Shown in pieces: positions 44,806 to 54,301 of a stretch of 64,000 nt of DNA. The notes beneath the pieces were generated by a model. That model ran no database searches. It had not been told where the DNA came from and saw only the letters and a program-made list of their open reading frames with translations. A program made the translations under genes and the position numbers. Position 1 is the first letter of the stretch. Each line of letters opens with the position of its first letter. Source of the DNA: Calditrichota bacterium (lineage in GTDB: Bacteria; Electryoneota; AABM5-125-24; Hatepunaeales; Hatepunaeaceae); the NCBI GenBank assembly GCA_016867835.1, contig VGIQ01000001.1:10094-74093 (forward strand), given 5' to 3'.

Positions 44806-45741
44806 TCAGCAGATTTCCACTCGGTTGCGACCGTTTTGCTTGGCTGCGTAAAGGCTTCGGTCGGCGGTTTCGAGAAGTTCTTCGCCGGTGCGCACCAACT
44901 GGTCGGGATAGACCGCACCGCCGATGCTGACTGTCACATGAGACGGCAGCGGCAGGTCGGACTCAAGCGCCGACAGGTCGCACTCCTCGATGCTGCGCCG
45001 GAGCCGCTCGGCGACGAAGGCGACGCCCTCGCATGCTGTCTCGGGCAGAAGGACGACGAATTCTTCCCCCCCGTATCTCCCGGCGGTATCGATCGAGCGC
45101 AAGGACTCCTTGATGAGGCGGGAGACCTCGACCAGTACCCGATCCCCGGCGAGGTGGCCGAAGCGGTCATTCACCTTCTTGAAGTGATCGATGTCGATGA
45201 TGAGCAACCCGAACCGGCCGCTGAACCGGATCGCGCGCGAAAACTCGGCGGTGAGCCGCTCCGACAGGTGCCGCCGGTTGACCAGTTTGGTCAGGCCGTC
45301 GGTTACCGACATCTCGTAGAGTTTCTTGTTCTCGCGGTTCAGGTGATCGCATTGCTGCTCGAGCGACCGATGGTGCAAACTGCGCTGAACACGGCCCAGG
45401 AGTTCCGTCGGCCCGGCCGGGCGAGGCAGGCAGTCGCTTACGCCCAGCCCCCAGAGCCGCTCGCTCTCGCGACCGGAATCGTCGGTTACAGCGATGATCG
45501 AGAGCCCGGCATCGTAGCCCCGGGCGCGAATGACCAATTCGACCGGGATGGCGGTGTCGCCCTGCCAGTCAAAGAGGATCAAATCGAGCGGCTTGCGGCC
45601 GATGACCTCAATCGCTTCAGCAGGATCTGTGGCTTCGACGACGTCGAGCCCCGGCGCATGCCGCAAGGCTTCCACTAAGCCGTCGTTCTTCAACGACGGC
45701 GATGCGATTAGTACGCTGCGTCTTCCCTCTTGTTCTGCCAT
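44806..45741 (-). CDS. response regulator receiver + GGDEF diguanylate cyclase
   Basis: Receiver (LIASPSL..., DLILFD). RYGGEEFVVLLPE is the GGEEF active site. Confidence 0.8.
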   Translation of the reverse strand: MAEQEGRRSVLIASPSLKNDGLVEALRHAPGLDVVEATDPAEAIEVIGRKPLDLILFDWQGDTAIPVELVIRARGYDAGLSIIAVTDDSGRESERLWGLGVSDCLPRPAGPTELLGRVQRSLHHRSLEQQCDHLNRENKKLYEMSVTDGLTKLVNRRHLSERLTAEFSRAIRFSGRFGLLIIDIDHFKKVNDRFGHLAGDRVLVEVSRLIKESLRSIDTAGRYGGEEFVVLLPETACEGVAFVAERLRRSIEECDLSALESDLPLPSHVTVSIGGAVYPDQLVRTGEELLETADRSLYAAKQNGRNRVEIC

Positions 45742-45825
45742 AAGTTGTATCGTTGCGAAGTGAATTCTTGACGGCTCTATTCGAACTAACTGAAGATGAA
45801 TTGGACTCCAAATCGAGAGGCATCT

Positions 45826-46497
45826 CTACTCTTCAAGTGCGCGTTTAGCATCTTCGAACACCTTGACCTGCGGCTGCGAAGCGTCGATCACCCGAATCCG
45901 ATGAGGTTCTTCACGTGCAATGGCAAGGTAGCCTTCGCGGACGCGGGCGAGGAACTCGAAGCCTTCACGTTCCATCCGGTCGACCGGACGGGGGATACGC
46001 TTTAGTGCAGAATCCGGCGTCAGGTCGAAGAGGAGCGTCCGCTCGGGGACCAGACCGCCCGCAGAATGCCGGTTGACGTTCCGGACAAACTCCCGGTCAA
46101 GCCCCCGCCCGAAGGCTTGGTAAGCGTCGGACGAATCGTAGAACCGATCGAGCAGGACGGTCCTGCCCTGGTCGAGCGCCGGTGCGATTACCTGCCGAAC
46201 CAGTGCCGCACGGGCCGCGCTGAAGAGGAGAAACTCCGTCATTGCGCCCGGAATATCATCTCTCGCGCCGGAAGTCTGCGCTGAGACTACATCGCCGAGC
46301 AGAATCTGCCGGATCGCTTCCCCGACCGGGGTGCCGCCCGGCTCGCGCAGAAGGACCACCTCATTGCCCTGCACCCTTAGATATTCTGCCAACGACGCGG
46401 CCTGGGTTGACTTGCCCGAGCCGTCGATTCCTTCGAGGGTGATCAGTTTACCCGGCACGGCGACCCGCCTTGCCGCCCTGCAAGAGATTGTAAACAC
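45826..46497 (-). CDS. tmk: thymidylate kinase
   Basis: LITLEGIDGSGKSTQ P-loop. DRF/DRY lid region. Confidence 0.85.
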   Translation of the reverse strand: MFTISCRAARRVAVPGKLITLEGIDGSGKSTQAASLAEYLRVQGNEVVLLREPGGTPVGEAIRQILLGDVVSAQTSGARDDIPGAMTEFLLFSAARAALVRQVIAPALDQGRTVLLDRFYDSSDAYQAFGRGLDREFVRNVNRHSAGGLVPERTLLFDLTPDSALKRIPRPVDRMEREGFEFLARVREGYLAIAREEPHRIRVIDASQPQVKVFEDAKRALEE

Positions 46498-47203
46498 CGA
46501 CGCCGATCATCAGAAGCGACCCCGCCATGCTGCCGGTGAAATGGACGCCCCCGACCTCGAAGAGGTTCAGCCGCGCATCATAGTGCCGGACGATCTCATT
46601 GAAGAACCTGAAGATACCGTAGAGAACCAGAAACAGGTGAAAGAGTTCTCCTTCGAAGCGGCGGTACGGTGTCCTTAGAATGAGTGCGATGCCGATCCCG
46701 GCGGCGTAAAGCGATTCGTAAAGTTGCGTAGGGTGGAGCGCTTTCCCCGGATAGACCGCCCCGGCGAGGCAAGTCTCAGGGAAGCGCAGACCCCAGGGCA
46801 GATCGGTCGGTGTGCCGAAGCAGCAGCCGTTGAGATGGCAGCCGATCCGTCCCAATGCCAGGCCAAAGGCGAGCGACGGCATCATCACATCGGCGACTTG
46901 CAGGAAACGGAGACCGCGCTTGCGTGTCTGCCAGATCACTATCGGAATCGCGGCGGCAACGCCTCCCAGGACGACCAGCCCGGCAATGCCGATGGTGCCG
47001 TCGCTCTGTATCGGGCTGATCGCGTCGAGCCACCGGCCTTCGAACTCCCGCCAATGCGCAATCACATAGGTAAGTCGAGCACCTGCCAGCGAGCCGACCA
47101 TAATCCAGAGCGTCAGATCGGATATCGCCTCGGTCGAAACGCCCATTGCCTTCCCCCGCCGAGCAGCCAGATAGAAACCGAAGACGAAGGCGAGCATCAC
47201 CAT
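46448..47203 (-). CDS. lgt: prolipoprotein diacylglyceryl transferase
   Basis: GRIGCHLNGCCFGTPTDLPWGL is the Lgt signature. Confidence 0.8.
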   Translation of the reverse strand: MVMLAFVFGFYLAARRGKAMGVSTEAISDLTLWIMVGSLAGARLTYVIAHWREFEGRWLDAISPIQSDGTIGIAGLVVLGGVAAAIPIVIWQTRKRGLRFLQVADVMMPSLAFGLALGRIGCHLNGCCFGTPTDLPWGLRFPETCLAGAVYPGKALHPTQLYESLYAAGIGIALILRTPYRRFEGELFHLFLVLYGIFRFFNEIVRHYDARLNLFEVGGVHFTGSMAGSLLMIGVGVYNLLQGGKAGRRAG

Positions 47204-47275
47204 GAGGCCGTAACTGTGAAGTTTGAAGGCGCCTATCTGAAAGATGACCGGATGCAGTTGAGTCCTTTCGTAAGA

Positions 47276-48046
47276 TCAGGCCGCCGGACGGCCGTAATGA
47301 ACATCGGTGTTGTAATCGATCCGCACCTTGCCCGAGCGCTCGAACCTTGCGAACGCGGTATCGACGGCTTTTAGCAGGTCGTGATAGTCCGGGTCATATG
47401 GAAGCGGCATATAGGAAGCCGAGAGTATCCGTGCCATAAGCCCTTCCCGGTTCAGGTCCTGGTGGTTTTGGAGCGACCGGGTCTCGAACCGCCCACTGAA
47501 GAACGCGTTCAAGCGGCCCTGATAGCGGAAGAAATCGTCGAGTGCTTCCATTCCGCGGCGAAAGCGAACGATTATTTCCTCATACGCTTCGTTGAAGCCG
47601 CCTTCCCGAATGCGCCGGTTCCAGAAGATGACCGTGCTCCCGGATGGCTTCAGAATGCGCGCGAACTCGATCCGGGCGCGATCGGCATCGAACCAGTGAA
47701 AGGCCTGACCGGCGGCGGCGCAGTCGAACTGCCCGCTCGCGAGCGTCGTCGCTTCGGCCGAACCGTCAACCGATGTCCAACTCAAGACACGGTAGTGACG
47801 TTCGGCTTCACGCCGCATTTCAGGATTCGGCTCGACAGCCCAGACCCGGCAGCCTAAGGCGAGGAACGGTTCGCAAGATAGCCCCGATCCCGACCCGACA
47901 TCGGCCACCATTGAGCCGGGTCCAAGTCCCAACTCGGCCTTTAGGAAGTCCTGCATCGCGAGCGGATAGCGCGGTCTCGCCGCGTGATAGAAGGGCGTCC
48001 GGGAACTGAACCGGCCTTTGGGATCAACTTCGGCGTTCAGGGACAT
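47276..48046 (-). CDS. class I SAM-dependent methyltransferase
   Basis: VADVGSGSG is motif I. Confidence 0.7.
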   Translation of the reverse strand: MSLNAEVDPKGRFSSRTPFYHAARPRYPLAMQDFLKAELGLGPGSMVADVGSGSGLSCEPFLALGCRVWAVEPNPEMRREAERHYRVLSWTSVDGSAEATTLASGQFDCAAAGQAFHWFDADRARIEFARILKPSGSTVIFWNRRIREGGFNEAYEEIIVRFRRGMEALDDFFRYQGRLNAFFSGRFETRSLQNHQDLNREGLMARILSASYMPLPYDPDYHDLLKAVDTAFARFERSGKVRIDYNTDVHYGRPAA

Positions 48047-48693
48047 CCGCCTACCACCAGGACGATCTCACCCTTCAAAGTCCGCTTGGAACAGATATCT
48101 CGCAGTTCACCGAGTGTCCCGCGGAAGACTTCCTCATGCAATTTGGTCAATTCACGGCAGAGGGCAGCGGGCCGATCCGATCCGAAAGCAGTTTCCATTT
48201 CCGAAAGCGTCCGTCCGATACGGTGCGGGGCTTCGAAGAAGACCATCGTCCGTTCTTCAGCCGCGAGTGCAGTCAGGCGCCCGGAACGTCCTTTAATCGG
48301 AAGAAAGCCCTCAAAGGCAAAGCGATGAAACGGCAATCCCGCGTGAAGCAAGGCCGTCGTGACTGCCGTAGGACCGGGGAGGACTTCGAGTGGGAGTCCG
48401 GCGTCGATTATGGAACGGATCACCCGATAACCGGGATCGGATAGCCCCGGCGTTCCGGCATCCGATACAAGGGCAATCTGCTCGCCCCTTGCAATGCGCT
48501 CGACGACGGTGGCCGCTACCTTGCTTTCGTTCTGGTCATTGCATGACTGAAGGCGTTTATGCAGGCTGAGGTGTTTGAGAAGCAAGCCCGTGCGTCGAGT
48601 GTCTTCGGCGAGCACCAGGTCGGCGTTCGCGAGGGCTTCGACGGCGCGCCGGGTGATGTCACCGAGATTGCCGATGGGAGTTGCCACCAGCAT
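48037..48693 (-). CDS. rsmI: 16S rRNA (cytidine1402-2'-O)-methyltransferase RsmI-like
   Basis: MLVATPIGNLGDITRRAVEALANADLVLAEDTRRTG is the tetrapyrrole-methylase-fold N-terminus typical of RsmI. Short at 218 aa. Confidence 0.65.
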   Translation of the reverse strand: MLVATPIGNLGDITRRAVEALANADLVLAEDTRRTGLLLKHLSLHKRLQSCNDQNESKVAATVVERIARGEQIALVSDAGTPGLSDPGYRVIRSIIDAGLPLEVLPGPTAVTTALLHAGLPFHRFAFEGFLPIKGRSGRLTALAAEERTMVFFEAPHRIGRTLSEMETAFGSDRPAALCRELTKLHEEVFRGTLGELRDICSKRTLKGEIVLVVGGCP

Positions 48694-48733
48694 CAGCGAA
48701 CCGGAACGTGAAGTGGAAGGTAGACCCAGAGTA

Positions 48734-49237
48734 TTATTGAAGACGTTTGATCATCTGAACGCAGGGACTATCAGCACCCCACAAGGTCGGAAACTCCTCC
48801 AATCTTCGAAAGCCCAAATCACAATAGAATGCACGGGTTTGTTTGTAGAACAAATCCGGATGGGTATCGGATAGGGTCTTTACCTGCAGGAACTCAACTC
48901 CGTGTTTTCGCAGATGGTTTTCGATAACCTCCATTAGTCTTCGACCTATCCCCTGACGATGATATGCCGATAGTACTCCCATCACCAACACTTCAGCCGC
49001 ATATTCGCCGGTCAGCTCTACGGTTAGAAATCCAATCGGGGTTTTATCCCTCCATGCCACCAGAGTCGGAAGTCGATCGATCTTGATCACAAAATCGCGT
49101 ATTGAGGATTCGATGCCGAACCACTCCGGAAGCGACCGCAGGATAGGCTCGCAGATTGCGGCCTGCCCGGTCACCGGGCCCTGGATGGTAATGTTCTGTT
49201 TCGACGACATCAGTTTGATCATGCCGTTGTTGGTCAA
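48734..49237 (-). CDS. GNAT-family N-acetyltransferase
   Basis: HRQGIGRRLMEVIENHL. Confidence 0.7.
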   Translation of the reverse strand: MTNNGMIKLMSSKQNITIQGPVTGQAAICEPILRSLPEWFGIESSIRDFVIKIDRLPTLVAWRDKTPIGFLTVELTGEYAAEVLVMGVLSAYHRQGIGRRLMEVIENHLRKHGVEFLQVKTLSDTHPDLFYKQTRAFYCDLGFRRLEEFPTLWGADSPCVQMIKRLQ

Positions 49238-49252
49238 CTCAAGATTGATGCT

Positions 49253-50146
49253 TCATCGGATAGGCCATATAACGAAAATGGCGACGTCCCAGACCGCATG
49301 CGAAATGAGCCCGGGCCATAGCGTGCCATAGTAGCGGAACATCGCCCCCCAGAATAGACCGCAGATCAGCGCTGCGCCGAGGAGCATCAGGTTGAAAGCC
49401 CAGACATGCACCAGTGCGTAGATCAGACTCCCTGCCAGCCAACCGGCGGTGTTTCCATATCGCTGCGCCATCCGGAGTTGCACGTAGCCGCGCCAGAATA
49501 TCTCCTCCGCCGGGCCGATCCACAAGCCGAGCAAGAGGCCTATCGCCACCGGCGAGGCTTGCGCCTTGGTGGCGTAAATGCCGGCGATCTCGGGTTTGGC
49601 GAAGTCGAAGAGCAGTGTTGCGATCCTGTCTCCGGCGAGGAACACGCCATAGAGCACTCCCGCCGAAACCAACCCGATTATCAGATGAACCGGCCGAAAA
49701 CGAAAGAGGGCGTTACGAGACGACCGGCTTAAGTAGAGACCGATAGCAGTCAGGGTTCCTGCTGCAACTGCCATCGCCAGCCAGAAGTTGACCGCCGTCT
49801 TGGTCCAGGGGCTGAAGAGGACGAACCAGAAGAGCGCCGCAACCGCGACGCTACCCCACAGCGCCCAGTTCCGGTTAGTGCCTTCAGTCGGCCGTCTATC
49901 TATGCTGACAATCTCCTCTCTTCCCCCCCCGATAAATCGGGGAACTACCGGCGGGATGGTTTTCGTCTTTAGAAGAACCTGCCAAGCACAATGGAGATCA
50001 TCAACAGGACGCCGAACATCAAATGATGCTGTGCAGTCAGGACATCGAGCATCGCGATCTCCTCTACCTGGTTCGGGCGGCTGGCCAGCATCTTGCCGAT
50101 ATTCTTCAATGCCGGCGGGAGCGAAAGCAAAACGAGGAGCGACCAA
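49253..50146 (-). CDS. CPBP-family (CAAX) intramembrane metalloprotease
   Basis: EEIFWRGYV and HAVWDV are CPBP motifs. The N-terminal ~60 codons overlap the next gene, so the true start is probably an internal Met. Confidence 0.6.
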   Translation of the reverse strand: MVAPRFAFAPAGIEEYRQDAGQPPEPGRGDRDARCPDCTASFDVRRPVDDLHCAWQVLLKTKTIPPVVPRFIGGGREEIVSIDRRPTEGTNRNWALWGSVAVAALFWFVLFSPWTKTAVNFWLAMAVAAGTLTAIGLYLSRSSRNALFRFRPVHLIIGLVSAGVLYGVFLAGDRIATLLFDFAKPEIAGIYATKAQASPVAIGLLLGLWIGPAEEIFWRGYVQLRMAQRYGNTAGWLAGSLIYALVHVWAFNLMLLGAALICGLFWGAMFRYYGTLWPGLISHAVWDVAIFVIWPIR

Positions 50147-50907
50147 AGCGGCAGGATACCGCCCATTGCCATCCAGACGACAGCGACAAATGCGCCGCCG
50201 ACGAGTAGTAAATACTCGATCTTGGCTCCGGAGTGCCCGATCAGACCGGCAAAAGTGCGGATGCGGGCTTCGCCGTCGTGACGGATGTCGCGAGTGTTAT
50301 TGGCGTGCAGGATCGCGGCGGTCAAAAGACCGATGGGGATCGAAACCAGGAGCGGGGTAGTCAGCGCCGGACGGGCGAACTCGCCGGTCAGCGCAGCGTA
50401 GGATCCGATCACCATCAGCGGCCCCATCAGGAGGAATACGCCGACGTCTCCGAGGGCTATATATTTGTATCCGACCGGCCGGCCCGTGTAGAGGTAGCCG
50501 CCCAGCAGGCCGATCACGCCAAGCGTCAGCATCGGAACTCCGCGCACCGCTACCAGCACCAGTCCAAGCGCGATGCCGATCCCGAAGGCGATCCAGCCGC
50601 CGCGGAGCACCTGGCCCGGTGTCAGGAGGCCATCGGCGATGACCCGGCTCGAGCCGAAGGTGTAATCCTTATCGACGCCGCGCTTCCAGTCGAAGTAGTC
50701 GCTGATCAGGTTGGTCGCAGTATGGTAGAGGATCGAGCAGATCACCACCAGCGGGAAGAGTTCCCAGGCGACCGGCCCTTCATAGGAGAAGGTGAGGAGA
50801 GCTCCGGTCAACACCGGGACGATGGAAGCCGGAAAGGCAAAGGCGCGGATCGCCTGCAGCCAGATGCTGAAACGGCTCCGCTCGAGGGGAACTGTATTGG
50901 CAGTCAT
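49969..50907 (-). CDS. UbiA-family prenyltransferase (MenA-like)
   Basis: NLISDYFDWKRGVDKD Asp-rich motif. 8-9 TM helices. 312 aa. Confidence 0.7.
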   Translation of the reverse strand: MTANTVPLERSRFSIWLQAIRAFAFPASIVPVLTGALLTFSYEGPVAWELFPLVVICSILYHTATNLISDYFDWKRGVDKDYTFGSSRVIADGLLTPGQVLRGGWIAFGIGIALGLVLVAVRGVPMLTLGVIGLLGGYLYTGRPVGYKYIALGDVGVFLLMGPLMVIGSYAALTGEFARPALTTPLLVSIPIGLLTAAILHANNTRDIRHDGEARIRTFAGLIGHSGAKIEYLLLVGGAFVAVVWMAMGGILPLWSLLVLLSLPPALKNIGKMLASRPNQVEEIAMLDVLTAQHHLMFGVLLMISIVLGRFF

Positions 50908-51040
50908 TTTAGGTCCTGAATTGAGGGATGGGTGGAAGAATTGGCGATGAAGAATCGAAGATCAGGCCCAATCCTTTAATATAGGATTTGAGCCGCGAGA
51001 GCACAAGTTGGGAATGGAATGCAAGGCAGACCGGTTCTTA

Positions 51041-51655
51041 CTACCTCCTGGTGATGCGGTGGCTGCCTTCGACAACATTTCCGTCCGGGGTCATTGTCGG
51101 GCGAGGCATATCGAAGGTGCTGGTGAGTCGTCCATAAGCCGGCCCTCCCAGCCGCGATATAGGCCGGTAGCGGTCGAGTTCTACGACCTTGCCGTCGGGC
51201 GTGAGGAGATCCTCGCGGATGTGAAACCGGACGACTTCGCCGATCACTACCGACCCGCCGAGGGGGGCGTCGGAGAGTTCAATCACCTGCCTAACCTTGC
51301 ACTCCATCGCCACCGGCGATTCGGCAACCCGGAAGGGATTCACCAGGTCCGACTTAAGCGGTGTGAAGCCGGCTTCGGCAAATTCACTCACCCCGTCGGG
51401 AAACTCGCCGGAGGCGTAGTTCATCGCTTCAGCCATATTCTCAAGCACCGTGCAGGCGACGAACTCGCGGGTCGATTTCGCGTTCAATAGCGAATGCTTG
51501 GCTTTCCCAAACCGGTTCCGATTGGGGCAGAAAAGAATCGTCGGCGGCACTGCGGAAACGGCTTGAAAGTAACTGAACGGCGCAAGATTTGGGACGCCTT
51601 CGAACGAGAGCGTCGAAATGAACCCGATCGGACGCGGAATGATGATCGATAGCAT
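51041..51655 (-). CDS. flavin reductase-like (FMN-binding split-barrel) protein
   Basis: PRPIGFISTLSFEGVPNLAPFSYF. Start chosen at the internal Met (MLSIIIP). The ORF extends to 51841 only by reading into the MITE-like repeat. Confidence 0.6.
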   Translation of the reverse strand: MLSIIIPRPIGFISTLSFEGVPNLAPFSYFQAVSAVPPTILFCPNRNRFGKAKHSLLNAKSTREFVACTVLENMAEAMNYASGEFPDGVSEFAEAGFTPLKSDLVNPFRVAESPVAMECKVRQVIELSDAPLGGSVVIGEVVRFHIREDLLTPDGKVVELDRYRPISRLGGPAYGRLTSTFDMPRPTMTPDGNVVEGSHRITRR

Positions 51656-51721
51656 CAAGCCGTGCCGGTCCGGCGGAGAAAGATCGGATGGATCGATGGT
51701 GCGGAACAAGTTCAACGATGT

Positions 51722-51828
51722 ACTAAGGGGTGCATTCGATGGTGTCATCCTGAACGAAGTGAAGGATCTCGTCTGAAATGCCCATCTTCGCGGGTCGAGA
51801 TGCTTCACTGCGTTCAGCATGACAAGTG
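51722..51828 (-). repeat. MITE-like dispersed repeat, copy B (reverse complement of 32286-32392)
   Basis: gtcatcctgaacgaagtgaaggatc ... gatgcttcactgcgttcagcatgac. Flanks also match (cttgtcatgc / gcaccccttaat). Confidence 0.75.
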
Positions 51829-51971
51829 CCCTGGTTGACACTCTTCACTCTACACTCTTCACACCAAGGCCTATAGATTCATGTGCCGGGTGGACGAGGA
51901 CGTCCACCCGCACCACATCTCCCCGTTACATGCCGGACGAGGACGTCCGGTTTACACGAGCATTCTACGCA

Positions 51972-52325
51972 CTAAGGCTTATAGGTTCCCAGCCGCTCCT
52001 TCTCCTTTTCCATTTCAGCCCGGCGGACTTTGGTCAACAGGAGTGCTTCCTCAGCCCAGTCTTTCGCTTCGGCGGCCTTGTCCCGCGCCTCGTTGACGTA
52101 GTTCACTTTTTCCAGATCCATCGCTTCGACGAACGCCTTCTGTGCCTTGCGATATTCCTTCTCGGCCCAGAACTCGGCGTTTAGTCGGTCGGCTTCCTTC
52201 AGATACTGCTCGGCTTTACGCAGGTCGGACTTGGCCGAGAAGTCACAACCGGCTGCGAAAGCAAAGAGGGCCGCGAGAGTTAGGCCGACCCAGCCGGAAG
52301 GGCGGCTACTTATGATTGCGCCAGG
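51972..52325 (-). CDS. hypothetical lipoprotein with coiled-coil region
   Basis: LAALFAFAAGC is a lipobox. Ala/Glu/Lys-rich helical repeat region. Start chosen at an internal Met to avoid overlap with tag. Confidence 0.45.
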   Translation of the reverse strand, partial: PGAIISSRPSGWVGLTLAALFAFAAGCDFSAKSDLRKAEQYLKEADRLNAEFWAEKEYRKAQKAFVEAMDLEKVNYVNEARDKAAEAKDWAEEALLLTKVRRAEMEKEKERLGTYKP

Positions 52326-52908
52326 CATCGCGCTGAAGTCGTTCGATCTCCTCATAGCGGTGGCAGGTGGTGATGTGATCGTTGACGAGGCCGACGGCTT
52401 GCATATGAGCATAGGCAATAGTCGGACCGAAGAACTTGAATCCCTGTCTTTTCATATCCTTCGCAAGAGCCTCCGCTTCCGGCATTACGGATGGGATGGC
52501 TGCGTCGCTGGCGCAGGGGACTTTCACTTTGGGACGATACGGGACAACAAATCGCGCAAACGAGCCATATTCGCGGCTCACCTGAAGGAGCGCCCGGGCA
52601 TTGCCAATGACCGCGGCGATTTTGGCCCGGTTGCGAATGATCCCGGAATCGCCGAGGAGCCGTTCGATATCCTTCTCGCCCCAGGTGGCAACAACCGCCG
52701 GATCGAACCCGGCGAATGCGTTCCGGAAGGCATCGCGCTTTTTCAAGATGGTCAGCCACGATAGGCCGGCTTGAAAGACCTCGAAGACGAGGTGCTCAAA
52801 CTGTTCACGGTCCGCGGTGCGCGGGACGCCCCATTCAGCGTCGTGATAATCGGTCAGGAGCGGATGCGCGAGGCACCACTGGCAGCGGGGCGGATATGAT
52901 TCGTTCAA
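52306..52908 (-). CDS. tag: DNA-3-methyladenine glycosylase I
   Basis: CQWCLAHPLLTDYHDAEWGVP and EHLVFEVFQAGLSWLTILKKR are Tag signatures. Confidence 0.8.
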   Translation of the reverse strand: MNESYPPRCQWCLAHPLLTDYHDAEWGVPRTADREQFEHLVFEVFQAGLSWLTILKKRDAFRNAFAGFDPAVVATWGEKDIERLLGDSGIIRNRAKIAAVIGNARALLQVSREYGSFARFVVPYRPKVKVPCASDAAIPSVMPEAEALAKDMKRQGFKFFGPTIAYAHMQAVGLVNDHITTCHRYEEIERLQRDAWRNHK

Positions 52909-52926
52909 TCTCGTAGGCGGTTGGAC

Positions 52927-53532
52927 TTACTTGCTGCCCATCATCCCGGCTTCGACAAGGTCGCAGATGGCGTGCCAGGCGCAGATGTGCAGTTCCTGAA
53001 TGCGCGCCGTGTTGTCGGCCGGAGCGATAAAGACGAGGTCGCAGAGGGTGGTCATTTTCCCACCGCTGCCACCGGTGAAACCGAGTGTTCGGGCGCCGCA
53101 TGACTTCGCCGCTTCGAGTGCGGCGAGGATATTGGGCGAATTGCCCGATGTCGAAATGCCGCAGACGAGGTCGCCCCGCCTGGCGAGCGCTTCCACCTGC
53201 CGCGCGAAGATACGGTCAAAGCCGTAGTCATTGCCGACTGCGGTCAGGATGCTCGTGTCGGTCGTCAGCGCTATCGCCGGCCAACCCTCCCGCTCGCGCG
53301 CAAAACGACCGACCAATTCGGCGGCAACGTGCTGGGCGTCGGCGGCGGACCCGCCGTTTCCGCAAAGCAACAACTTGCCGCTCGAACGAAGACACTCGAC
53401 GATTGCCGTCGCGATCTCGAGCAAGACCGGCTCCGATTCGGCAGCGAAGCGCTGGTGAGCCTCGCTCTGCGCGGTCAGGATCGCCCTAAGCGCTGTATGT
53501 TCAGAATGACTTTGCGTTCTTGCGCTCAACAA
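52927..53532 (-). CDS. gmhA: SIS-domain phosphoheptose isomerase (GmhA/DiaA family)
   Basis: [23 protein letters not shown]. Confidence 0.8.
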   Translation of the reverse strand: MLSARTQSHSEHTALRAILTAQSEAHQRFAAESEPVLLEIATAIVECLRSSGKLLLCGNGGSAADAQHVAAELVGRFAREREGWPAIALTTDTSILTAVGNDYGFDRIFARQVEALARRGDLVCGISTSGNSPNILAALEAAKSCGARTLGFTGGSGGKMTTLCDLVFIAPADNTARIQELHICAWHAICDLVEAGMMGSK

Positions 53533-53661
53533 TAATGTAACGCCAGCATCTTGCTGGCACCATCTTGCCGCCAGGATGGCGGCGCTACGGCTGCACCTGT
53601 GGGGTGAGTGCTTTCATCAACTATATTGAAGGGAAGTTCTCATCCTAATACCTGGTCTTAC

Positions 53662-54273
53662 CTACAACCCACGAATACGATCCATGATCTGGTCGGCGAT
53701 AGCTTGATAGGCTTCCTTTTCGGAGCGTCCCGGTGGAAGATCGGGCCGGAAGGGTTCGCCGACGTCGATCCGCAGTTCACCGCGATGTCTTGTCAGGTAG
53801 AGCAAGCCGCTCAAGCCCTCCCGCAGATGATGTGTGCCGCTGACTCTAACCGGTAGAACCGGGCTACCTGTCCGCATGACCAGAAGCCCGATTCCAGGCT
53901 TGGCGCGCAGTTCGGAGCCGATGACCGAGCGGCGTCCTTCGGGCAGGATCACCAGAGCCTTGTCGCGATCAAGCAATTCGAGCATCGTCGCAAGCGACTC
54001 TCTATCGGCACCCCGCCGTCGCACCGGCAGGCAGTTCCAATAGCGCAGGAGCCACTTCAGCGGCCCAACGAAAGCCTCGATCTCGACTGCGAAGTGAACT
54101 TCCCGCGGCAGAAAAGCGCCGACCAATGGCCCGTCGGCACGGGAATAATGGTTGACGGCGATGATGAGTCGCCCGGTCCGGGGGACGCGCTCAAAGCCGG
54201 TTGCCCGGAGACCCCAGAGGACTTTTGCCAGCACTCGCGCGAACGCCTGTGAAAACGCATAGCCCCGCCTCAC
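53662..54273 (-). CDS. plsC: 1-acyl-sn-glycerol-3-phosphate acyltransferase
   Basis: NHYSRADGP (HX4D motif) and PEGRRS (PEGTR-like motif). Confidence 0.75.
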   Translation of the reverse strand: MRRGYAFSQAFARVLAKVLWGLRATGFERVPRTGRLIIAVNHYSRADGPLVGAFLPREVHFAVEIEAFVGPLKWLLRYWNCLPVRRRGADRESLATMLELLDRDKALVILPEGRRSVIGSELRAKPGIGLLVMRTGSPVLPVRVSGTHHLREGLSGLLYLTRHRGELRIDVGEPFRPDLPPGRSEKEAYQAIADQIMDRIRGL

Positions 54274-54301
54274 GCGAACCGGCTCCCGAGCGAGTAATTT
54301 C

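Noticed and set aside
43406-45678. Two plus-strand ORFs of 318 and 346 aa
   Set aside because: Antisense to the sigma-54 activator and the receiver-GGDEF gene, both of which have unambiguous motifs. No motifs of their own.
46724-47374. 216-aa plus-strand ORF
   Set aside because: Antisense to lgt, which has the diagnostic Lgt signature. Shadow ORF.
50233-50919. 228-aa plus-strand ORF
   Set aside because: Antisense to the UbiA-family prenyltransferase. Charged low-complexity composition.
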